Part shown: positions 13,472 to 26,449 of the stretch, piece by piece | How positions within the stretch are numbered: the first letter of the stretch is position 1 | Layout: each line of letters opens with the position of its first letter | Assembly: GCA_951406725.2 (NCBI GenBank) | Contig: OX597825.1 | Span: 40,920,001 to 40,984,000 of the forward strand | DNA from: Octopus vulgaris | Taxonomy: Eukaryota | DNA: 64,000 nt | Direction: 5' to 3' | Position numbers and translations under genes: made by a program | Notes under the pieces: model-generated | Seen by the model: only the letters and a program-made list of their open reading frames with translations | Databases searched by the model: none | Told to the model about the DNA's origin: nothing

Positions 13472-15026
13472 CAGTGGGGGAAATAAATATTCGTACATGT
13501 CAAAATTCTTTATTTATTTAATTTCTAAATGTGATATACCGATACTATATTTGCATACACATCCATAAACTAAGAATATGCAAAAAAACTAATAAATTAT
13601 AGTAACTAATAAGTTTATATACATTTATAAATATCTAGGGGTGAAAAAAGTATTCGTAAAGAATAGATTTATCATTTTTTATGCCACAAAATGCTGTTAA
13701 AATAATTTTTTTTATTAGAAGTTTCTTGTTTGTTCCAATAATCTTATCAGTTGTCATTTTTAAGTGTCAAAATTCAGCATTGAGAATGGCGAAAAGTAAA
13801 GAACTCACAAATTCAGTGAAAAACTTAATTATTGAACAGTGGAAAATAGGTAAAAGTTACAGGAAAATATCAGAGACCCTTTGTATTCCATTTTCTACCA
13901 TATCTGCATTTATTCAAATATATATAAAAAATCGGGAGCTGTTAAAAACAGAATAAGATCCGGTGCAAGACGCAAGATTTCCCCTAGATCTTTAACAAAA
14001 ATGAAGCAAAGAATCAGAAAAAAACACAATGATCACCAGAAAGGAGTTGCAAGAAGATTTGTTAGCTTTAGAGACTAGTGTTACACTACGAACAATCAGC
14101 AATGAACTTCATAGGAATGAACTGAAATCAGGCTCTCCTAGAAAAACTCTGCTGTTGACTAAAAGATGCCCGTCTAAATTTGTTTATGAACATAAAGATA
14201 AATCTGATACATTCTGGGAAAATGTTCTATGGACGGACGAGTCGAAAATTGAATTGTCTGGACGAAATTCGCGTAGCCATGTTTGGATGAAAGATGGTAC
14301 CGCCTATTCGCCGAAAAACTCAATTCCTACTGTAAAGTTTGGAGGTGGCAACATCATGATGTGGGGGTGTTTCTCTGCAAATGGTACTGGCAATTTACAT
14401 GTGATAGCTGGTAGAATGAAGGCAGAGATGTACCAAAATATTTTGAACAACATTTTATGGGACTCTGTTGAAAAGCTTCAGATTTGTGAAGGGTGGGTTT
14501 TACAACAGGATAACGATCCTAAGCACACGGCGAAGTCTACCAAAAAATGGATAATCGATCACAATATAAAATTATTAGAATGGCCAAGCCAGTCACCTGA
14601 CTTGAACCCCATTGAAAATTTGTGACATTATTTGAAAATTAAAATTCATTCAAGAGCTCCAACGTACATTGCAGATTTGGAGAAAATTTGTCAAGAAAAA
14701 TGGGAAAAATTCCTTAAGAAACATGCTAGTCATTGATTAAGAACTACAAGAAGAGATTGGTTGAAGTGGAACTGAATAATGGTTATGCTAGGAAGTATTA
14801 AATCAGAATTATCAGTTATTTATGTTCTGTATGAATACTTTTTTCACCCCTAAATATTTATAATTGAATATAAATTCCTTAGTTACTATAATTTATTAAT
14901 TTTTGGGGCATATTCTTAGTTTATGCATGTGTATGCAAATATAGTATTGGTATATCCCATTTATGTTCATTAGAAATTAAATAAATAACGAATTTTAACA
15001 TTTACGAATATTTATTTCCCCCACTG
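13472..15026 (+). mobile_element. Full-length decayed Tc1 transposon, ~190-200-bp IR/DR TIRs, TA TSD
   Basis: TA|cagtgggggaaataaatattcgta ... tacgaatatttatttcccccactg|TA; inner DR ggggtgaaaaaagtattc present in both TIRs. Confidence 0.95.
13786..14801 (+). pseudogene. Tc1 DD34E transposase pseudogene
   Basis: MAKSKEL.. HTH, RSGARRK, WTDESKIEL, KFGGGNIMMWGCF, QQDND-(34)-PDLNPIENL; split over several frames, with a premature TGA at 14623-14625. Confidence 0.93.
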
Positions 15027-15039
15027 TATTACAGTACTA

Positions 15040-15242
15040 AGATGACGAGCTGTCAGAGTCAATAAAAGCTTCCACACATTTCGTCTGTCTCTACATTCTG
15101 AGTTTAAATTCTGCCAAGGTCGTCTTTACCTTTTATCATTTCGGTACTGTGTGAGATGAGTATAAGCTGAGCACTGAGGTCAATGTAATCAACATCCCTC
15201 CCCTCCGGATTTGATGGCCTTCTGCCAACATTGGAAACCAAT
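15040..15242 (+). mobile_element. tRNA-derived SINE, degraded
   Basis: gacgagctgtcagag...ctgagtttaaattctgccaaggtcgtctttacc core. Confidence 0.7.
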
Positions 15243-15325
15243 ATTGCAAAATGTTTTATTAAATTCGGGTATTTAGCAAAGATCTACCTCATATTCATAG
15301 AATACACTGTATTGTAATAAATATA

Positions 15326-16783
15326 TCTATATATATAAAACTGAGAATGCGTGTGTGTGTGTCTGTCTGTCTGTGTGAGTCCCTAAAAAGTGAGAACTAC
15401 ACAACCGATTTCATTCAAATTTTACACATGCCTTACATAGGGACCATGTAGTGTCATGGGCAAAAACATTTTAACTTCTTGCCAAGGGCGAGCCCACAGC
15501 AATATCATATCATCTCCACTATTTCAGTATTACGTGTCAAAAGTGAAAGAAAAACATCTCTCTATTGTAATGTCAGATTCTTTCACTTTAATACTGAAAC
15601 TATTAATTAAAGTGAAATTATTATATAACATGGATGAAATGTAACTGGATATCCGTTCTGCTGGAAGAAGATCCGCTATGGTCTTATATGCTACACCACT
15701 GGTTTTAAATTCATACTAATCAAATTTATATTCAATTTTTCACCCTTATTTTAAAGTGAAATTTACATGTATATCTATATATAGATGTATACATATAGAT
15801 AAATATATATAAATATACATATATACATGTATATATATAGGTGTATATGTATATATATACATATATATATGTATATATATATGTATACATGTATATATAT
15901 AGATGTATATATATACATGTATATGTATAGCTGTATGTGTATACATGTATGATGTGTAGATGTATATATATATATATAGATGTACATGTAATATGTACAC
16001 ATATATATACACATATATACATGCATACATATATACACCCATACACACACACCCACATACACACATACATAGGTGCAGGTGTGGTAACAAACTTGGTTTC
16101 GAAACACATGGTCCTGAGTTCAGTCCCACTATGTGATAACTTGGCATGTGTCTTCTGTTATAGCCTCAGACCAACCAAAGCCTTGTCAGTGGATTTTGTA
16201 GATAGAAACTGAAAGAAATCAATTGTATATATATGTATGTATATACGTAAGTCTATGTGTGTGTCTTTGTGTTTCTCCCTCATCACTGCTTCACAACTGG
16301 TGTTCGCTTATTTACATCCCCATAACTTACTGGTTTCACAAGAAGGAACTGATAGAATAAGTACCAGGCTTATCAAAATAAAAAAAAAGCACTAGGCAGT
16401 GTCGCATATTTTGGTTTGCCCACTCAGTTGTATCTATCAATTTATCTTTGTGTATGAATACATACATATATATATATATATATTTATTTATATGGATTTC
16501 GTAGACAGGAACTGCAGCAAATCAATCGTATATATATATAGATATGTACGTATATATGTAAGTGTATGTGTGTGTTTCGCCCACGTCACTGCTTCACAAC
16601 AGCTGTTCATTTATTTACATCCCCATAAATTACTGGTTTCACAATAACAAACTAATAGAATAAGTACCAGGCTTATCAGCATAAAAAAAACACTAGGCTC
16701 ATATTTTTGTTTGCCCACCAGGTTGCACCTATCAATTTATCGTTATATGTGTGCGTATATATCTGTATCTATCTATCTATCTA

Positions 16784-16833
<50 letters not shown>

Positions 16834-17973
16834 CCATATATATATAAAAACACCCCCTAATGGGGGCCTTAACTCACAAATTTTACTCATTTCCTTTATG
16901 ATCCAAAAGTAGGTCAAAAGTACTGAATGGATCTTTATGAAATTTGGAAATTATATTCTATGCATAAGGGCCATAACCCCATGACAATTCATATATTTTT
17001 GCTGTTGATGAAATTTTAATCACAGATATTAGACACAAATAAAGTAATATTTATAAAATTTCATCTTCTTATAAGTTAGAAAGACTATTGGGACTTAACA
17101 CCCACAATTTTGTCATTTTATCTAAGCAAAGACGAATACAATTGTACTCTTGGAAGCTGTGGGGTTACCCGAGCATAAAAAATGAGCATTATTTGTAATT
17201 CAATGGTACAACAGTGAAACACTTTGCTTTGACATACACTTACATTGTGATTTCTGCAATGTGGTGCATAAATTGTCAAGTAAATGAGAAGAATCTTTCC
17301 CTCCACTGATTCAGTTGCAAAGTGTTGAGTAAAGTTATTTGATTGCAGAACTCCTTTCAGTCTTTTTATTATCACTGGGTCACACATAGTCCCCAGATGA
17401 TAACATTGATTTCAAGGCCGTCCCAGATGAGTGACTGGTTATTCAAAGACATTTATAGACTGTAAATTTATTCTGTCCAGTTACGTATCAGTATAGTAGT
17501 CATTTGCTTATTGTGATCATTCGTCTTTTGGTTTCTGGTAGCTTTGCTCTCTTTTACAAGCCCAGGGAACATATATTTCCTATTTCAAAGAAATTCAAAC
17601 AATAGATATAAAACCCAAGTTAAAAAGATTCTCAAGAATTCAACTCCTCAGGTTGACATTAAGATGTCCACCCCCAACAGGGGCCTTAACTCTCACATTT
17701 TAGAGTTCCAAGACCTTCATTTTTCAGGTGCAAAATCCTTTTAACAGGTTCAATAAGACTTGAATTTTGGAATATGCACATAAAAATCAGTAGTATGGGA
17801 TACATGTGGCACGATTACAATTTTGTTAAGGTATGTAAAGAAGGAAATAACCCTCATCTATAATATTGATGAAATTCGTAACATAGATATTCCAGTTCAT
17901 TACAGAAAATATAACAGAAAAGTCTAATTCTTCAATTGAATGTAACACGCGCAACGCCGGGTGTCTCTGCTAG
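15326..17973 (+). mobile_element. Non-autonomous Helitron with nested SINE/microsatellite insertions
   Basis: 5' a|TCtatatatataaaa, then (GT)n(GTCT)n and accgatttcattcaaatttt; 3' GC-rich stem acacgcgcaacgccgggtgt followed by CTAG|t. Confidence 0.75.
15770..16825 (+). repeat. Microsatellites plus a second SINE family, with a ~300-bp tandem duplication
   Basis: ggattt.gtaga.ag.aactg...atagaataagtaccaggcttatc...tatcaatttatc at ~16191-16447 and ~16494-16741. Confidence 0.75.
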
Positions 17974-18019
17974 TATTGTAATAAATATCATTCACACACT
18001 CCCGTGTGTGAATAGTATT

Positions 18020-18235
18020 CTTATGATCAACGTTTACTCACACGTGACCACTTCTAGGCTTTGTCGCTGATTCATTCTTTTTTTACCAAATTTGATATTT
18101 ATACATTTTCAGATTGGTCACTTCATAATCTACATTTTGAGCTACAAAATTTGAAATTTGGTTCAGGAGAAAAAAGTTGAGATTTCAATTATATAAGGTC
18201 AAAAAGGGGAGAATAATACCTTAATTTGACTTCAG
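18020..18235. repeat. Third partial copy of the 12219 repeat
   Basis: tcaacgtttactcacacgtgaccacttctaggctttgtc...gagctacaaaatttgaaatttggttcag. Confidence 0.75.
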
Positions 18236-19228
18236 AGATATACACGCAACGCTGCATACATACTTTTGTAAATAACTGCACACACACACACATACACACA
18301 CACACACACACACATGCACATACACATACACATAAGTAACTTTTAAAGCGCCTATGACGGGAAATAAAGGTGTTATGAATGTGTAGCTTTAAGGAGAGGG
18401 ATGCAAGTTGACAACAATTGATGACAATTGGACACTTTCCTACTGTTCATTGTAAATAAACACTCACACACAAACACACATATATACATAATGCATACAT
18501 ACATACTTATTGCAGAAAATGTTACTGAGGTTTAAAATCTAATCATTTTCATCACATAAGGAAAGCAAAATCATTTTACGACGAGGATTTTTTATTAAAC
18601 AAACGGAATGCAAAACATTACGACGACCAAAGATATAAGAATTTCTGAAGTTTAATAAGTTTTTCGTTTGCTTTTAAACTTTAATTCAATATTAAGAGTA
18701 GCAGAGTTTAGATTATTATTTCTTGGAGTAAATTGCCAACGTTTCTGCTTTCAGAGAGTATGATTGGATATCCAATATCGCAGGGTTCAGATTTTTTCAG
18801 GCAAGTTGACAAGAACAGTAACTGAATTGCAGGCTTTATCTTTATTTTGCATGAATTTCGACTGACAACCTAACTTTGCCTTAACGGGTGGCTACTCGTG
18901 ATTTACCGTGGATGTATTGGCTATTTTTGCCTTTTTTTAAATTTTATATTAGCCATGGCTTTACTATTCATATAATCAGATTATCTTCGTATTATGTAGT
19001 TGATATATTCCAATACCTCTTCTTGCTAGCTCTTCTTACTATATATAGATGTCGCTCATTCATTTCTTGATTTCATAATAAAATTAGTATTACATTAATA
19101 TTCATTATTAATGGGAAATTATTTTTCATAATGAAGTTTCGCACTTTCTTTTTTGGTGGGTTCGTATCAAATATTTAACAAAACAATATTTATTAGTTTT
19201 ATTTCATTGCCTGAAAAAAAGGTGGATT

Positions 19229-20746
19229 ACGATGAAAAATGCGGGCGCATGCATGCTAATATTTTCAAGTTATTGCATCTGGAAAAGTACAGAACAAGAT
19301 TTCTACGGTAGAATTTGCCTAATTCGTCACCTCTAAAGGAAAAGAAAAAGTACTTCTATTTAAAATTCTACTTTACCTAAAATACTCTTTTCTGCTCTAG
19401 GCACAAGGCCCGAAATTTTGGGGGACGGACCAGTCGATTAGATCGACCCCAGTGCGTAACTGGTCCTTAATTTATCGACCCCGAAAGGATGAAAGGCAAA
19501 GTCGACCTCAGCGGAATTTGTACTCAGAACGTAGCGGCAGACAAAATACCTATTTCTTTACTACCTACAAGGGACTAAACAAAGAGGGGACAAACAAGGA
19601 CAGACAAACGGATTAAGTCGATTATGTCGACTCCAGTGCGTAACTGGTACTGATTTTATCGACCCTGAAAGGATGAAAGGCAAAGTCGACCTCGGCGGAA
19701 TTTGAACACAGAACGTAGCGGCAGACGAAATACCGCAAAGTATTTCGACCGGTGTGCTAACGTTTCTGCCAGCTCGCCGCCTTACTGTTCTTAAAATATT
19801 GCGGCCGAGAATAACATTTTAAAATCTAAAATAGGTTATATTAGGCAAATGTGAGATAATTTATTTTATTTATTATGAGAATCTAAAAAGAAAAACAAGT
19901 AAATCTTTAATAACATGGTACAAAAATAATCAAAAGTAAATTTAAGCAAAATCTTTTTTTAAAGTCATGTCTTTTGAAACATACAATTAAAATAATAATT
20001 GTATTTAGTTGTATCAAGTACAAACAATAAAATATGAAGTTGCGAATAATATTGCACAAGATTTATTTTTCACTTGAATTGAAATCCCATCACAAAAAAA
20101 AAAGAAACGTAGATTGCAATAGAATGGTCATCAAATGGTTTCAAATAGACCATATACTCAGTCAATTCTTCCACATTAAAAAAATTAATCTGACAAATAA
20201 ATCATAAGTAAAATTTAATAGTTAGCATTCATAATGTAGAATTATCCTAATTCGTCTTTGGCTAATTCGTTACGTCACCTAATTCGTCACTTTCAGTTTT
20301 CTCCTAGTGATGACTACTTAGGCGAAATCTATATTTTTAAAAAGATTTATGTTATTTCACTTCTAAAATACTGCTTGTTCCAAAAATAAGCACATGGGCT
20401 TAAATAAAGGCTTAAATATTTTTTCTGAAAATAATAAAAATTACTGGGACTATACATGAAAAGAGTTTCTGAAAATAAGCCCATAGGCTTAAAATTGGAT
20501 GGGCATATTTTTGGAAAAGTCTGTAATATTTTTATAATATTTGTTTTAATAAAATATAGTAAATTTTAAAACTGTTATTCTCGGCTGCAATATTTTAAGT
20601 ACAGTAGAATTTTAATTTCAAGTACTTTTTTGTTTCCTTTAGAGATGACGAATTAGGCAAATTCTACTGTAGAAATCTTGTTCTGCACTTTTCCAGGTGT
20701 AATAACTTAAGAATATTAACATGCATAAGCCTGCAGTTTTCATTGT
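19229..20746. mobile_element. Non-autonomous DNA transposon with ~190-bp TIRs; left TIR split by a SINE
   Basis: 19229-19372 plus 19783-19825 are the reverse complement of ~20565-20746 (e.g. gtagaatttgcctaattcgtcacctctaaagg versus cctttagagatgacgaattaggcaaattctac); internal ctaattcgt repeats at 20246-20290. Confidence 0.8.
19385..19782 (-). mobile_element. Young dimeric tRNA-derived SINE
   Basis: Head ggcggcgagctggcagaaacgttagc on minus; a ~115-bp core (gtcgatt..gaaaggatgaaaggcaaagtcgacctc..cagaacgtagcggcagac) present twice; CpGs retained. Confidence 0.9.
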
Positions 20747-20898
20747 TGTATAGGATTGTAGGCATGGATATGTGTGTGTACGCGCATGCGCGTAAGTGTG
20801 TGTGCATGTGTGTGTGTGTTTGTAAATATGTGTTAGCATTTTATCTTGCACGAATTTGAAGTAAGTTTTAATATATTAGTCTGCATGTATGTGTGTGT

Positions 20899-20968
<70 letters not shown>

Positions 20969-20994
20969 TGTATGTATGTATGTATGTATGTATG

Positions 20995-21040
<46 letters not shown>

Positions 21041-21091
21041 TATAGGAAAGAATGGAGCTGAACGAAGATTTAACAAAATTCCTTTATTTTA

Positions 21092-21173
21092 TTTTCGACA
21101 TGTTTCGAAGTCTGCAAAATCCCTAATTCCGAATGAATAAGGAGTCCATTGTGCAGCTTTCTCTTCAGGAAAA
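21092..21173 (-). ncRNA. Type I hammerhead ribozyme motif in the PLE 3' tail
   Basis: Minus strand: ttttc-CTGAAGA-gaaagctgca...tgcagacttc-GAAA-catg-TC-gaaaa; stem I ttttc/gaaaa, palindromic stem III acatgt, GUC cleavage triplet. Confidence 0.85.
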
Positions 21174-22433
21174 TCTAGGAACTTATTTCGCCAACAAAAT
21201 GCACAACAAGTTTTTCGATGACTGCTCACGAGGAACCCATAGAAATAATGATAAATAATGTCTATTTATAGGGGGTGACGCCAGATTGGTTGAAAGTAGA
21301 AGAAAATGTCAGTTAAAATAGTTCAAGGGTTCAATCAAGGTTGGAGAAGGAAGGTAAAGGAATATTAAAGTGAGGGAATGTATTCTGTATGACTGGTGTT
21401 TATATTTGATTTATTTTATGAATGAGTGCTCGTATGTATGAGTGTGTAAAATTGCCTTAATGTGTGTGTGTGTGTCTGTGAATGCGTGAATGTGTGTGTA
21501 GAAGGCAGAGAGAAAGAATTAACGGTCAGGAGGTGAAAAGACTGTGTCTGTGTGTTCGAATGTGCCACCTTAAGAGGGAGAGGGCAGAAAGAGCCCACAA
21601 TAGTAATGACAAGAGACAAGGTTACTGCTGGAATTGGTAGTAGTTCTTAGCAATTATGAGGTCTTATAAACTAAAGGGATGAGATATCACAAATTTATTT
21701 TGTAGGAAATCAAGGGGTTATCTATATTAGACTTCATTGGTATGAGTGAAAGGTATGCTTTTTCCAGTGTAGGCATCTGAAAGATCTCTCGACAATCGAG
21801 TTTATTACTTGGTCTCGGGCAAACAGAATATGAAAGAGTTCGGAATTACAGAGGGCACAGATTTTTCTGCCCTTATCAAACGGTAAGGACACCGATAATA
21901 TTGACCATTCCAGCTAAAAGTTGAATTTGCGTTCTTCAAACGCCAGACTAATTTGCTTAGCCCCGTGGTGTGCTATTTACTCTTATCGCGGAACATGGAA
22001 AAATGATTTGATATCCTTGGGGCTAATTTAGAGGAGGTTGCGCCAATATAGAGGTAGACATCGGATTCAGTAGAAATTTCGCACTGGTAAGTGGTGTTTC
22101 TAATTTTGGAGTAATTTGATAAGAACCTTAATCTATTGGGATTAGTTTCCGATACTAATACAGCGTTCTTATTTCTATGATGGTTGTATAAATTACTGCT
22201 GGATTCGATACTATTCAACCTATTTTCATTACTATTTAATGCAATATCACCTGCACATTCCCTGTTTCTGGGAATGCTGTGATTGTTATTGTCCGTAAAA
22301 CTACTGTTGTTAAAAACGCTGCTACTATTATTGTTGAGACCCCCTCCGTTAATGACCAGGCCAGTGCTCTTATCCTTATTACTATTACTAACGCCAATGC
22401 TGGTATGAAGGCTGCTAATATCTGTGCTATTTC

Positions 22434-22434
<1 letters not shown>

Positions 22435-22492
<58 letters not shown>
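22435..22492. repeat. (ATT)n microsatellite inside the PLE ORF (poly-Asn on minus)
   Basis: About 19 units, in frame with the GIY-YIG ORF. Confidence 0.9.
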
Positions 22493-22495
<3 letters not shown>

Positions 22496-23115
22496 GTTAT
22501 GTTGGAATTTGACAGGCGGTGTCTCTGCTCATGGGTGACGAGACCTTATTTAGCAGCTTATTGTTATGGGAGGCAATTATCTGTGAGAGATTTTTAGTAT
22601 TTGAGAAAGCATTCCTTACTTTGTGCGAATTTATAGTGGAGTGATATCTCGAATTTCTGGGAAAATTCCTGGCAATGGCTTGGCGAAACTGTAAAGGGAG
22701 GTTAGATCCGATTTGTTTTCCAAAGGGAATCACAAACCAGATATAGTTTTTCCTGTTCTTGTACTGGCTCGGAGTTTTAACTCTTACATTCAGGGGTGGG
22801 GGGGCATCTCTGAGTTGAAGAATGGGTTTTGGCCTACGATGGTCTCCCTTGGACCGCAACTTATTTATGTTAGCTATATTTGTGCCGACATTTCTAGAGC
22901 TACCATCACTACTTATATTATTTATATTTTTGTAAGTTGACTTATCCTGATGAGCAAATACTGGTTTCGGAAGGGCCGGGTCTATATATGCTACCTTTTC
23001 CCTATAACCGGCTTTTGACACTGCGGCATTATAGAATTCCGCTTTATGCTTAAAAATGTCGACGTTGGCAGATAAATTTGATAATCTTAAAGAAATATTT
23101 TTAACTAAATTATCT

Positions 23116-23221
23116 GCGCGCGCGGCGCGCGCGCGAGCGCGCGCGCGCGCGCGCGCGCGCGCGCGCGCGCGCGCGCGCGCGCGCGCGCGCGCGCGCGCGC
23201 GCGCGCGCGCGCGCGCGCGCG
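23116..23221. repeat. (GC)n dinucleotide tract, ~105 bp
   Basis: Directly visible, with two small interruptions near its left end. Confidence 0.9.
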
Positions 23222-24320
23222 TTTTTATGTGTTACGTGAAAACACTGACATATTTTAGGTTTGTGGAAGGTTTATGGTAGGGGCAATAAGAATTGCTATG
23301 CAGATTTAGTGTAACATCTAAGAAATTGGCATTAGTTAGTTCGTTGTCGAAAACTATGTTCATGTCCCATCCTACTAAAGAACCTAGCTAATCTATTTTT
23401 AGTTTTCTGTATCATTGTGTTCGGGGCATTCTGTAGGTAAAACAGACAATCGTCACGATATAGACCGCCGCAGATGTCCGGGAATTGGTCGGCTAATTCA
23501 TAGAGAATATAGATTCCTACCAAATCGGCTATCTGGGCGCTATCTGAGCTTCCCATTGGCACATCGAACTCGTTGGGAGTATCCTTACGGACCCATAACT
23601 TATCTTCAAACTGTATAAAGGATTTTCTAGCCACTAGAATTATATTAATTCCCTCCCTTGTGAGGCCTGCCTTATTATGCGCATGCCATAGGGGCCTTAT
23701 TGAGTACACTAGGGTTTATCGAGGTGTAGAAATTAGCAATATCGAACTGAATGAACTTAGTTCTGTTTTTATTAGAAATGGAACAAAACCAATTTACGAC
23801 TTGCGAGGAGCTCGCCCAAAGGTTAAGCTTAAGCTTATTAACTAATCTAGGTATGTATTTGTCTAAAATGTACTTACTGATGGAACCGATGTCGGAACTA
23901 GAAGGGCATATGAACCTTAATGTTGGATTGGTGTGAAAATTTGGTTTGTGGTCCTTAACGATGAATCTAGGTTGCCTTGGATTAAGCGGTTGTGTTTTCA
24001 TTTGAAGCCCATAATTTACCATAATTTCCTTAATCTCCAAATTGACTCTTCTAAGTGTATTCTTATTTGTAGTTCTGTAATTCTTCTGGATTTCTTTCTT
24101 GAGTAATTCTAAATACTGGTTTATAGGAAGCTTGTAAGTATTCCTTGTTTTATCAGATTGGACCAGGATTCCGTCGCACTAAGGCACGGAGTTTATGCCC
24201 TATGGTCGTAACTTCAACCGTGCTTTTTCTGTTGTGAGTTTGCTACCCAGGTATCGGTTATCTTCCGAATTATCCGTAATAAGATAAATCATTTGTCTAC
24301 TTATATATATACATATATAT

Positions 24321-24962
24321 ATTTAAATTTAAAATTAAGGATAAAATCTTTATAAGAAATTATCAGTAGTTAGCGTGAAAAACCTTGTAAGAGAAAAAAT
24401 CGATAAATTTTTCCACTTTGAAAATATTTATTTATATTATATCGAGGGTACTATTATTCATAGGTACCGAATGCCCTTGCAAAAACTACTAAAATAAACA
24501 AATTTTACCGAATACAAACTTCAAAGTCATTTAAAAACAGAATTTAGTTACATATCACCTGTGATTTCGCAATCAATGCAGAATATGCATTTTATGCTCT
24601 TCAGTGCAACGAACTTAAGACATGTAAGGAAAAAACACAATATAACATACCCGACAGCCAGCCGTAGAATTCGTCGTAGCATGTACGAATGTTTATCTTT
24701 ACATATCTATGAAAATGGCGGGCCTATTCGCAATGCATTTCGGTAACAATTTGTCTACTGATAATTTCTTATAAAGATTTTATCCTTAATTTTAAATTTA
24801 TATTTTTCACGGAATAGTTCAATACTGAATTTTTGTTCCGAATAGACAAATTGTTATCGAAATGCATTGCGAATAGGCCCGCCATTTTCATAGATATGTA
24901 AAGATAAACATTCGTACATGCTACGACGAATTCTACGGTTGGCTGTCGGGTATGTTATATTG
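24321..24962. repeat. Complex inverted-repeat block next to the PLE 5' end
   Basis: 24640-24757 is the inverse of ~24843-24962 (the same 35-aa pseudo-ORF appears on both strands); 24323-24369 is the inverse of ~24755-24800. Confidence 0.85.
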
Positions 24963-25171
24963 TATATATATATATAAAAATACAAACTGGGAAAAGAACG
25001 CAAAACATTTAGGAGACGATACACAAAACACGGACGGGACATTCGAAGCCTTCAATCTTCAATCAAGAACCGGATCATCCTCGCAATTTCTGCTGATTAA
25101 TCTTGAGATTGCTCCAATCTGGCCATCCCCAAAGAAAAACTATGTTAAGCGCATTAGATTCCTTGGAAGAA

Positions 25172-26449
<1,278 letters not shown>

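Larger units (their letters stand above)
21040..24175 (-). mobile_element. 5'-truncated Penelope-like element (RT + GIY-YIG + ~700-bp 3' tail), probably Hydra clade
   Basis: VKDHKPNF..NP..RFICP, FIQFDIANFYTSI, FDVPMGSSDSAQIADLVG, GLYRDDC, YIWFVIPF, YQCEI..YLYIGAT..RISNH, KICALCNSE, RCLHWKK; ends in a (TA)n tract. Confidence 0.92.

Noticed and set aside
19700-19782. tRNA gene
   Set aside because: The A/B-box-like head belongs to a multi-copy SINE; no cloverleaf
22279-22512. Poly-Ile hydrophobic ORF
   Set aside because: Antisense shadow of the poly-Asn PLE linker
23056-23280. Poly-(Ala-Arg) ORF
   Set aside because: Translation of the (GC)n tract on the antisense strand of the PLE
24561-25042. 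Identical 35-aa peptide on both strands suggesting a duplicated small gene
   Set aside because: By-product of a local inverted duplication; no coding features
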